The notes under the pieces: model-generated
What the model saw: the letters and a program-made list of their open reading frames with translations, nothing else
Databases searched by the model: none
Told to the model about the DNA's origin: nothing
Part shown: positions 9,295 through 17,647 of the stretch, one piece after another
Layout of the letters: every line of letters starts with the position of its first letter
Position numbering within the stretch: the first letter of the stretch is position 1
Translations under genes and position numbers: made by a program
From: Bdellovibrionota bacterium
Lineage (GTDB): Bacteria; Bdellovibrionota; UBA1018; CAIPTA01; JAALKR01
Reading direction: 5' to 3'
NCBI GenBank assembly: GCA_965207455.1
Contig: CBDBMJ010000001.1
Span: 1,811,043 to 1,875,042 of the forward strand
Length of the DNA stretch: 64,000 nt

Positions 9295-10731
9295 TTAAAA
9301 TTTTCTAGAAAATTTCCTAAACGATTTAACCAGCTCATAAGTAAGAAACGCGTTTGCTACTATCTGCAAAAAATTCCAGAAACCAAACTCACCTACAGGC
9401 AATTTAATGGGAATCACTAAACGACCAAACAGGTCAAGACAATCCCAAAAACCAACACAACACTCAAAACGAAACATATGGATAAAAAGAAATACAATAT
9501 TAATAGCTAATTGCCAAACAAAAACCCTAAAAAAAGCTGTACCAAAATAACTAAAGAGCTTCTCAATAGATAAAGTAAATTTATCCTGAAGATTGCCACC
9601 CGTCTTCCCCAGTTCATGGAGATATTTATCATGCTCTTTCGTATGAAACATCACGGCAGATATCGTATCATTTTGTTTTATGGCGAAGTGCTTTAATTGC
9701 AAGAAAGTTTCTCTGCTAAATGCATTCTCGCCTTCAATATTTATTAATCCTCTTTTTTCGTTTATATATTTAAGTGTGTTTTCTTCATCAAGAGATTCAT
9801 TCCCTCCAGTAGAAAAATCCGTTCCTTCGATAACGCAATTATCTATCTGAAGTACAAATTCTTTAGTAAAAAAAATATCTCCTAAAAAAATATTTTTTAT
9901 ATTTCCCGACAACTTAAAATGACTCCTAAAAAAAGAAAGGGTGAAATCCAATCGCTCACGAAACTCACTCATTGTAGTGTCTAATTTATTAAAAATACAT
10001 TCCCTGAAATTACAAGACCCGAGGAATTGCGTATTAAAAAATCTTGCATCATCTCGAAAATAAGATTTATAAAATCCAGCATTTTCTGCAAATCTTGTTC
10101 TCTCAAAAGAAACTTTCGATAAAAATATAGTCTCAACAAAATCTACTTCTTTTTCAAACTCTACCTTTTTAAAAAAAGAATCTCCTGTAATAATAGTATT
10201 ACTAACGCTCACTGGTTTCAGAAATTTTTTATCAGACAAATAAATGCCACCTATAATAATGAAATTATCAAAACATACCTTTCTTGAAATTTTCGCACTA
10301 TCCAATATAATATCTCCCACAATAATGCAATTATCTAAAGGCACATCCATTGAAATAAGTTCTTCAACATCAGACTGTCCTATATGAACGAATTTTTTCT
10401 TAGAATCTAGCTCTTCTTCCATGATAATAAATATTTTTTCAGAAAGGATTCCTTTATAATTAAAAATTTCTTTTATATGTGCGCTTATTTCAATCACCTC
10501 ATATTCAACACCATTAAAAACTACTTCTTGCGAGTTCAAGGAAGGATCGGAATACTTGTTTTTACTCTCATCTTCATAACGAAACTCTAACTTACCACTC
10601 GATTTATCAAAAGTAACATTGGTTAATCCCTCTCTATCAACCTTTGATATTCCGTATTTTACCTCGCTCGTTTCTTGTTCCATAAAATATATCTTACAAA
10701 ATACTATTGTAAAAAACAATTCTTTATTCAT
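9295..10731 (-). CDS. Pentapeptide-repeat protein with C-terminal TM region
   Basis: Periodic F-xx-x-F repeats (FKKVEFEKEVDFVETIFLSKVSFERTRF...); hydrophobic C-terminus; start may be MEQET at 10683. Confidence 0.75.
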   Translation of the reverse strand: MNKELFFTIVFCKIYFMEQETSEVKYGISKVDREGLTNVTFDKSSGKLEFRYEDESKNKYSDPSLNSQEVVFNGVEYEVIEISAHIKEIFNYKGILSEKIFIIMEEELDSKKKFVHIGQSDVEELISMDVPLDNCIIVGDIILDSAKISRKVCFDNFIIIGGIYLSDKKFLKPVSVSNTIITGDSFFKKVEFEKEVDFVETIFLSKVSFERTRFAENAGFYKSYFRDDARFFNTQFLGSCNFRECIFNKLDTTMSEFRERLDFTLSFFRSHFKLSGNIKNIFLGDIFFTKEFVLQIDNCVIEGTDFSTGGNESLDEENTLKYINEKRGLINIEGENAFSRETFLQLKHFAIKQNDTISAVMFHTKEHDKYLHELGKTGGNLQDKFTLSIEKLFSYFGTAFFRVFVWQLAINIVFLFIHMFRFECCVGFWDCLDLFGRLVIPIKLPVGEFGFWNFLQIVANAFLTYELVKSFRKFSRKF

Positions 10732-10796
10732 CTATCACCTTAAAAAAAGAGTAAGTGTTTCTCACAAAGAAACCATTAAGTTCTTGGAAAACTAAA

Positions 10797-10985
10797 TATC
10801 TATTGTCCGATTATCAGACATCGCACCAACAGGAACACGCCCCAGAGCAGACCTCATAATCCCTCCAGCAACAAAGCCTACCTCTATTCACACCTCTCAC
10901 AACACACAGACAAACCTCGGAACTCTTCTTGACTAACCCATGGCTTTGGTTTATGTTAAAACATAATCAATCGGCTAATTAACAG
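10797..10985 (+). repeat. Repeated ~190-bp element A (palindrome, C/A-rich spacer, sigma70 promoter)
   Basis: Alignable by eye along its length with 20889-21078; partial copies at 13410 and 19244. Confidence 0.8.
10929..10957 (+). promoter_or_regulatory. Sigma70-type promoter
   Basis: TTGACT-N17-TATGTT; TTGACT is also kept in the second copy at 21021. Confidence 0.65.
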
Positions 10986-11010
10986 AAGGCGTAAGAGAGG
11001 GAACTGAAGA

Positions 11011-11181
11011 ATGAGAAAAAAAAATAACAGCGCAACGAAAAAAGAAGACCCTGAAGAAGTTCAGAGAAGCCTTGAACAGCTCATTATTGACATAAAAAAG
11101 AAGCGACCCAAGTTCCGAAAATTCTCAAAAGAGCAGCGAGAATTCTTTATAAGGGAAGCACTAGAAGAGTATGATTCGTAG
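11011..11181 (+). CDS. 56-aa small protein not in the ORF track; RHH/CopG-like C-terminal helix
   Basis: MRKKNNSATKKEDPEEVQRSLEQLIIDIKKKRPKFRKFSKEQREFFIREALEEYDS; GAGG RBS; homologous relic at 19132-19236. Confidence 0.65.
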   Translation: MRKKNNSATKKEDPEEVQRSLEQLIIDIKKKRPKFRKFSKEQREFFIREALEEYDS

Positions 11182-11189
11182 TACCCATT

Positions 11190-12059
11190 GTGTTAGCAAG
11201 TAAATTAAAAAGAAATAAGAAATACAGTCTTTCTCAAGGAATGATCTTTGAGATACCCAGTTTAAAACTTGATTTTGATAAAGCAAAAAAAACCATTAAA
11301 GAGCTTTATCCCGAGGCAAGTCTTGATAATGTAAAGTATGGACTCATATTAACACAATCATGTGACCTCGTTCATGATAAGTTTTTTGAGCAACAAGGTG
11401 GAACTCTAGATAAAGATGAAAAAAATAACTACAAATATCGACTTCCAAAAATTCCTCACATTACATTTTGCTTGTTGGAGCCAATAAATTCTTATATTTC
11501 AGAATTTTTAAGTAAAAACGAATCAAAATTTCTATTCAAAATAGAAGACCCTGTTCCCACTAACAAAACCACTAATGTCCTTTCCTCGAGCAAAGCATTA
11601 AAACTAGTTTTGAGAGAATTTGGCAGGTTCTTTCAAAATAATCACCCTTGGGCATTTTTCATCACAATTCAATCAAAGGATAGAAAAGAATACTACTTTG
11701 TTAACTTAACAAAAATTCTCCCTCTAAGAATAATTCACTATAGCTCAATCCTCCAGAACTCTAAATTTCAGTTAACAAATGAATTTTCTAATAAATTAGC
11801 ATGGAAATTGGCGACCCTATATGGGAGAATCGGGACTAAGGATTATTCAAGAAAAGCAATCACAGAAATCATCAAGGATATTCTTGAAATCTCCCAAAAA
11901 GAGTTTTCTAGCTTAACCGATGATTCTATAGACATAGAACCTTTAGACTTTGATGCTCTTAAAAAAAATCTAGAAAGAGAACGTAACTTAAAAAAAAGAA
12001 ATGAAATCTTACAAGATCTGCTAGAGGAACACTCCATAACAAATATGAAAGGCATATAA
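11190..12059 (+). CDS. Hypothetical protein with LTQSCDL motif (289 aa)
   Basis: LSQGMIF...GLILTQSCDL...LATLYGRIG pattern; AT-rich. Confidence 0.7.
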   Translation: MLASKLKRNKKYSLSQGMIFEIPSLKLDFDKAKKTIKELYPEASLDNVKYGLILTQSCDLVHDKFFEQQGGTLDKDEKNNYKYRLPKIPHITFCLLEPINSYISEFLSKNESKFLFKIEDPVPTNKTTNVLSSSKALKLVLREFGRFFQNNHPWAFFITIQSKDRKEYYFVNLTKILPLRIIHYSSILQNSKFQLTNEFSNKLAWKLATLYGRIGTKDYSRKAITEIIKDILEISQKEFSSLTDDSIDIEPLDFDALKKNLERERNLKKRNEILQDLLEEHSITNMKGI

Positions 12060-12092
12060 GACCGAAGAACTCATACACTACATTTTTCGGCT

Positions 12093-12606
12093 CATCTACA
12101 CCATTCTCGCCAAACCCGTCCACCGCTCCCAATACATTCTGGGCAAATACCTCGGCTGTAGCCTCGTTGTCCTCATCGCTCACCTAATAATGTCCCTCTC
12201 CCTCCTAACCGTCATCTGGATCATCGGCATAAAAACCTCCACCGGCCTCTACCCCTGCTTCTACCTCATGACACTCGAAAGCCTTCTTATACTCTCCATT
12301 GCCCTGTTCTCCTCTATCTTTTCCTCCAGCGTCCTCGCCACTTGCCTCACCCTTCTACTATTCCTCATCGGAAGAAGCGCCTACTTCTTTCACTCCGCCT
12401 CTGAAAAAGCCGAAGGATTCATGCGCTATGTTTTTCGGATTCTCTACGACATTCTCCCTAACCTCGAACGCTTTAATCTCCGAGAAATGGCGGCCAAACC
12501 CTACCCCGACACCCTTCTCCTCGACAGCACCATCTACGCCCTCGCCTACACCACCCTCTTTCTCACCCTAAGCACCATTCTTTTCATCCGACGGGACATG
12601 CCATGA
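12093..12606 (+). pseudogene. pilI: 5'-truncated copy of the pilI permease
   Basis: Lacks the first ~260 bp of 7674-8453; MAAYSKPY becomes MAAKPY. Confidence 0.85.
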
Positions 12607-13394
12607 TCGACCCCCAAACCATCATCCAAATCGCCTTCATCACCTTTGGTTTCATCATCGGCAGCTTCCTCAACGTCTGCATCTCCCGCATGCCCAAAGA
12701 AAAAAGCGTGGTCTTCCCCCCCAGCGCCTGCATGACTTGCCAAAAAAACATCCCTTGGTACTGCAACATCCCCATTCTCAGCTACCTCTTCCTCCGCGGC
12801 CGCTGCCTCTACTGCAAATCCCGCATCCCCTTCCGCTACCTGCTAGTCGAATGCATCACCCCCGCCCTATTCCTCCTCTGCCTGCCCTACCCCTATATCC
12901 TCTGGCCCTTTTACGTTTACTTTCTCTCCTCCCTCGTCATTGCCACCTTTATCGACCTCGAACACTGGATCATCCCCGACAAGATCACCCTCCCAGGTAT
13001 CCCCATAGGAATCCTAAGCTCCCTCGTCCACCCCTACCCTTTTATTTTGGATTCTGTGCTTGGCATGATATTTGGTGGCGGATCTCTCCTAGTCATTGGC
13101 ATGATCTACGAGAAGATGAAAAAAACAGAGGGCATTGGTGGTGGCGACATAAAATTTCTTGCCATGGGCGGCGCCTTCCTCGGCTTCAAAGGCATCATCC
13201 TCACGCTTCTTATTGCTTCCATCACTGGCATGATTATTGGGCTCATCACCATGGTCAAAACAGGAAAAGGTGCCAAGACTGCCATCCCCTTCGGTCCCTT
13301 CCTCTCCGCTGGAATGCTCATCACCTTTATCTGGGGCACCCAAATCTGGGACTGGTACCTTGCCCTCACCAACCCTCAATCCCTCTTCCAATAA
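12603..13394 (+). CDS. pilD: Prepilin peptidase, copy 2 (intact)
   Basis: 263 aa; differs from copy 1 at two residues (MIKTGKGG vs MVKTGKGA). Confidence 0.93.
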   Translation: MIDPQTIIQIAFITFGFIIGSFLNVCISRMPKEKSVVFPPSACMTCQKNIPWYCNIPILSYLFLRGRCLYCKSRIPFRYLLVECITPALFLLCLPYPYILWPFYVYFLSSLVIATFIDLEHWIIPDKITLPGIPIGILSSLVHPYPFILDSVLGMIFGGGSLLVIGMIYEKMKKTEGIGGGDIKFLAMGGAFLGFKGIILTLLIASITGMIIGLITMVKTGKGAKTAIPFGPFLSAGMLITFIWGTQIWDWYLALTNPQSLFQ

Positions 13395-13606
13395 CACTCA
13401 AAACACCCTTGTCCGATTTTCAAACATCGCACTAACAAACACCCCTCCCAAAGCAAACCTCACAATATTCACACAGCTCAACACAGCAGGTACCAATATT
13501 GCTAGCAGCACGTCTCCTTATATTTTGATATAATTTCATTATGCCGTGGTCATCCGTAAAACAATTTGCTATAAACGTTTTAGTGTATAAATTTACAGGA
13601 TAAACA

Positions 13607-14389
13607 ATGCAAAGCAAACTGGTAAAAAAATGTAAAAACTCAAACCTAATTGAGGCATCGCTGACTCTTCTTGGAGAACCCAAAAAATACCAAAAAGATT
13701 CCCACCTTGGATTCAGGGAACATATTAAAAAATACCTGAGAGAGGAAAATAACTTATCCAACTTAAAATCAGAACGCATCAATAGTGCTCGCCTAACCAG
13801 AGAAGACGAAAACGGAATGGTCCTACCCTATTTAGACAGGCAGTTTACTATAAAAGAGAAAAACAAAACTTACCGAACAGGCCACCAAATCGCAGGATTC
13901 CATACAACTCACGAAGGCGATAATAACCGATACACAACTTATGACAGTGAAATCGCCCCGTATATAGAAAGTTTTATAGAAAAAATAAACGAATTCAACA
14001 ACCGATTTAATGTTATAGAAATGGTTTTCTGCTATGTAAATAATTTTCTATTCCCTCGGAATGGCTTTATGCTGGACAAATATTTTGACCTTGCCATTAG
14101 AACAGGGATCGGCTCACAACATGGAGTCCAAGAGACCTTGTTCTCTTTTTTATATCCTCTGGATGGAAACACCGTGAAAATATCACTCCGCGGATACCCC
14201 CATGATAAGGATCAAATTCGTATCGTAGTTGAAACAACTGGTATAAAAAAGATTGAACCCACATCCATTTCCGATTACAGGAAAATAATGGAGGAATCTA
14301 AAATCCTAAAGGATATAACAAAAGCTCAATTTTTCAACCTTACCAGCGACGAAACAAAACATAAAATACTAGGAGCAAAATATGAGTAA
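13607..14389 (+). CDS. TIGR04255-like protein
   Basis: LIEASLTL near the N-terminus, central CYVNNF (RYIN-like), C-terminal FFNLTSDE; family call from recalled pattern. Confidence 0.5.
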   Translation: MQSKLVKKCKNSNLIEASLTLLGEPKKYQKDSHLGFREHIKKYLREENNLSNLKSERINSARLTREDENGMVLPYLDRQFTIKEKNKTYRTGHQIAGFHTTHEGDNNRYTTYDSEIAPYIESFIEKINEFNNRFNVIEMVFCYVNNFLFPRNGFMLDKYFDLAIRTGIGSQHGVQETLFSFLYPLDGNTVKISLRGYPHDKDQIRIVVETTGIKKIEPTSISDYRKIMEESKILKDITKAQFFNLTSDETKHKILGAKYE

Positions 14390-14879
14390 TCCCATCACAG
14401 CCGAACCAATGCTCCTTCCAAAAACAATTCATAGTGATGCGAAAGGCAACATTAAAGACGACAGCTACTTCTATAGCGAAGCAGACCTCCCCACCCTTCT
14501 CTCTCAACCACTACAGGAGCAAAATTCTCTTTCTGAATCTCCCGAAGCAATTAAAAAATCTGTACGGGATTTTTCTTTTGACACAGAAAAAAACAATCCT
14601 GTAACCATCACATCTTCCGTAGTTGGAAAATGGAATAATTACGAAGAACTCTCTGATTTATTGGCAGGGATTAATTATAATGAATTTTGCAAGCGAGCCA
14701 CTACCAGTGAAATGTACTGGAAACCAATCATTGAAGAACGCCTGGAAGAACTGTATCCAGAAAATATGTCTGAAGAATTAAAGAAACTAAAAAGTATAAA
14801 TAGAGCAACACGAGATATATTAGAGAAAATCAAAAAAGGAACCAAGAGAAATTTTTTTAGAAAAATTTTTCGCAAATAG
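14382..14879 (+). CDS. Hypothetical protein (165 aa)
   Basis: Overlaps the upstream gene; GGAG RBS; operon-like spacing. Confidence 0.65.
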   Translation: MSNPITAEPMLLPKTIHSDAKGNIKDDSYFYSEADLPTLLSQPLQEQNSLSESPEAIKKSVRDFSFDTEKNNPVTITSSVVGKWNNYEELSDLLAGINYNEFCKRATTSEMYWKPIIEERLEELYPENMSEELKKLKSINRATRDILEKIKKGTKRNFFRKIFRK

Positions 14880-14894
14880 AGACTACTGAAGTAA

Positions 14895-15581
14895 ATGGCA
14901 ACGTTAAACTGTGGAGAAAATAAGTCTCCAGCATCTCATTACAGAAATCACATATCAGATTTAAATATTCTTTTCTTCAAAAAATTTTGCGCATACTGCT
15001 GGACAGCCGATAAGGCAGAAACTATTGATCACTATAAGCCAAGGAAACATTTTCCCAATCTTAAAACTGAATTCAGAAATTTACTTCTTGTCTGTGCCAC
15101 GTGCAATTCAAAAAAAGGAGATTATCACCCCGAAGCAAAAAACAGAAAAATATATAAGGACGAAACGCATTACATATTCAATTGTCGCGAGCATGATATA
15201 GGAGAATTTATAAAAGTAAGCAACGATGGGAAGATCTCATCCAAGAAAAATTTACGGAAAGAACGAGAACAAGTTGCTTTTTTTATTCGGATATTTAATC
15301 TAGAAAAAACAGAAACGAAAAGTACAAGAAAGGAACACATAGAAATATTAGAAGCAACAAAAGAAGCGATGCAGTTGTTAAAAAATAGAGCTCGCTGTGA
15401 GAATAAGGCAAGCCTTGAACGGATTTTAGATACAAATATTGGGCTTATTGCTACCAGATTTTTATTCTTTCACCTTTTAAATTTAAAAATACCAAGCGAG
15501 TTAAAGGAAAGAATAGAAAAAAAGAGAAGAGAACTTCTATGCGCACAAAGACTAAACCCAATTATCTCAAAATTGATTTAG
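14895..15581 (+). CDS. HNH endonuclease
   Basis: CAYC...TIDHYKP...NLLLVCATCNSKKG Zn-finger HNH motif. Confidence 0.88.
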   Translation: MATLNCGENKSPASHYRNHISDLNILFFKKFCAYCWTADKAETIDHYKPRKHFPNLKTEFRNLLLVCATCNSKKGDYHPEAKNRKIYKDETHYIFNCREHDIGEFIKVSNDGKISSKKNLRKEREQVAFFIRIFNLEKTETKSTRKEHIEILEATKEAMQLLKNRARCENKASLERILDTNIGLIATRFLFFHLLNLKIPSELKERIEKKRRELLCAQRLNPIISKLI

Positions 15582-15693
15582 AAACTATTTGCAAGCTTAT
15601 CGATGTTGTTGTAATATCAAAGAAGGCTGGATGAAATGCAAACATTATTTTAAACTAGGAATAAACCCTAATTACTTCGGAGGAACGCGATGA
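15575..15693 (+). pseudogene. Relic 3' end of the proteasome-beta-like gene
   Basis: DLETICKLIDVVVISKKAG...KHYFK...NPNYFGG matches the end of 19371-20588. Confidence 0.8.
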
Positions 15694-15887
15694 CTGAAAC
15701 TAAAAAGACAGAAGAAAAGATACACAGACCATCCAAGGAGCATACCGTTGTAGATGATTCTGAGATAACTTTTGAAAAAGACCCCTACAAATACGGACAG
15801 AAAATAGGAAGAATAGCAGTGAGGGAAGCCTATATAAAAACTTTGAGAAAATTTCGTGATGCTAAAAAACTTCAAGCAAAGTCATAA
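15690..15887 (+). CDS. Small protein, paralogue of 20585-20824
   Basis: FEKDPYKYGQKIG vs FHDDPYEYGRQMA; same TTCGGAGGAA RBS context. Confidence 0.7.
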   Translation: MTETKKTEEKIHRPSKEHTVVDDSEITFEKDPYKYGQKIGRIAVREAYIKTLRKFRDAKKLQAKS

Positions 15888-15926
15888 GATGCACTCTCAC
15901 CAAACCTTAAACATGTGTAAATAATT

Positions 15927-16511
15927 ATGCTAAGATTCCCCTGGAAAAAAACCACCATGTTCTCCAAAGATCATTCGTCGAAACACCTCGACGAGATCCA
16001 ACTCCGCAACCGAAAAAACATCCTGAAAGTCGCAGCCATCCTCAGCCTCCTCCTACTCCTCTACCCCGTAATAAAAGAAAAAAGCTACCTCTTCTCCATC
16101 CAAAACCAAGCCCGCACCCTAACCAAAGAAATCCTAAACGCCAGACTCCAAGCCACCAAAACCCGCAACCCAACTTCCCTCACACTCCTCAACCCACAAA
16201 CATGGCAATACAACGAATTCCCACAAAAACACGACTGCGACGGAACACCCAACCCCAACACAAAAAAAAACCTCCCCTTCCCCGACTTCCAATGGCGCGC
16301 CCTCCTCCTCAAATCCAATAACCCCACCGGCATCGGCTCAGACATCCAACAACTCTGCTTCCACCCCATCCACGGCATCACCCTCAACAACCAAAATCTC
16401 TCCTCCCACCAACTCTTCCTACTCGTCTCACCACAAGAAAACACCAAACGACAAAACATCCAACAAATCATCCTCTCCAACTCCGGCATCCAAATCCAAC
16501 CCCTCCAATAA
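15927..16511 (+). CDS. Pseudopilin/FimT-like protein without a canonical prepilin cleavage site
   Basis: One TM helix then ARTLTKEILNARLQA and LCFHPIHG, FimT/GspH-like; same C/A-rich codon use as the pil genes. Confidence 0.5.
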   Translation: MLRFPWKKTTMFSKDHSSKHLDEIQLRNRKNILKVAAILSLLLLLYPVIKEKSYLFSIQNQARTLTKEILNARLQATKTRNPTSLTLLNPQTWQYNEFPQKHDCDGTPNPNTKKNLPFPDFQWRALLLKSNNPTGIGSDIQQLCFHPIHGITLNNQNLSSHQLFLLVSPQENTKRQNIQQIILSNSGIQIQPLQ

Positions 16512-16521
16512 AATAAGTATT

Positions 16522-16578
16522 TCACTGGACCTAAAAACTGTTGGCAAATCTGCTAATATTGCTGTAATATCAAAGAAA
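16522..16578 (+). pseudogene. Second relic of the proteasome-beta-like gene 3' region
   Basis: Translates SLDLKTVGKSANIAVISKK vs SPNLETICEPIDVAVISKK at 20454-20510. Confidence 0.65.
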
Positions 16579-16588
16579 AAGGAACTTA

Positions 16589-17647
16589 ATGGAATTAGAA
16601 AAACATAAGCATCTCAAAAAAAATAATATGCCAATCTCATATTTTGAAAATTATGAGATAAAAGAAATTAATATCAGCAACCTGAAATTCTTGCTAAAAA
16701 GAAGACCTCTAACATTCAAAATTCTTATACCCAAAAATAAAACCAGCCACAGAAAACGTACACTGCAAACAATATTTCAAGAAATAAATTATATGATTGA
16801 AGAAATCGCTGACAATACTATAATTGGTGTCCGTAAAGATATTTTTTTATTGGACTTTAACATAAAAAAATGCCTGCAGCAATATCAGATATACATGAAC
16901 TATCAGTTATAATTGGAATTTCTGAGGAACTCGACTGCTCTCAAACAGCAGAAAAAAAGTTCAAAACCCTCCAAGCATACACGCAGCGCTATGGCTTAAA
17001 TAAAATTAACATTTCAGAAAGCAACTTTCTAAAAAAAATATCGATTTTTAATAGAGGAGTGAATTTAGGTATTCAAATTAAAAGGAAACTGCGGCTTCAA
17101 GGGAAAGACCTAGAATGGTCCGGACTCACAAACCACAAGAAAGATAGCTCCGATATTTATTGCAATGGCCACGGAATATCTCTTAAAGACACAAGTAAAA
17201 TTATTTAACATAAGAAAAAAAATAGTCAAGGAAGTTTCTGATAAAGTCTTAGCTATCTTGAAAGAAGGACTGCTTCAAGATCCAGAACATTTCTCCCATA
17301 AAATGAAAATTATACTTCAATATGGAAATGTTAAAAAATTCTTTGGGTTCAGCAGTTCAGCAATGACTTATGTGGGATGTATAAATAAAGAAAATGATAT
17401 TCATATATCTCCTTTGAACGTATCCTCTGAGAAATCTAAACTAACTCCCACAACTGTTGGGCTGCAAATAAATTTCTACACAACAATGGATATTTCTCTT
17501 CCTTTATCTCAAATAACTATAAAAATTCAAAATCAATTGCGCTACAAGCACCGTACTTTCAGCTGCGCCCCAGAGGCAAACTTTCATTTACTAAGTTACG
17601 GCGATTGGAAGAAAATTTATCCAACTCAGGAATGTCTTGAACGATAA
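16589..17647 (+). pseudogene. Probable fragmented restriction endonuclease (three overlapping ORFs)
   Basis: ORFs 16589-16912, 16870-17208 and 17165-17647 in shifting frames; SSDI...ISLK PD-(D/E)xK-like; convergent with a C5 MTase. Confidence 0.5.

Larger units (their letters stand above)
12093..13397 (+). repeat. Direct duplication of 7934-9244 (3' pilI plus full pilD)
   Basis: Near-identical sequence from CATCTACACCATTCTCGC to CCAATAACAC; 6-bp deletion in copy 2. Confidence 0.95.

Noticed and set aside
9245..9298. attC-like segment (ACCCAAC...CGGC/GCCG hairpin...GTCATTA)
   Set aside because: Short, lacks GTTRRRY and clear L boxes, single copy, no integron integrase
10934..10961. TTATGTTAAAA resembling the XerD arm of dif
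   Set aside because: No XerC-like arm 6 bp upstream; better explained as the -10 box 17 bp from TTGACT, and not kept in the second element copy
7934..13397. Diversity-generating retroelement TR/VR pair
   Set aside because: No reverse transcriptase in the window; differences are mostly synonymous transitions of both types rather than A-to-N
7038..16525. Long alternative-frame and antisense ORFs over the pil genes (e.g. 7038-7634, 8584-9420, 12737-13435, 16085-16525)
   Set aside because: Shadow ORFs caused by the extreme C-rich third positions
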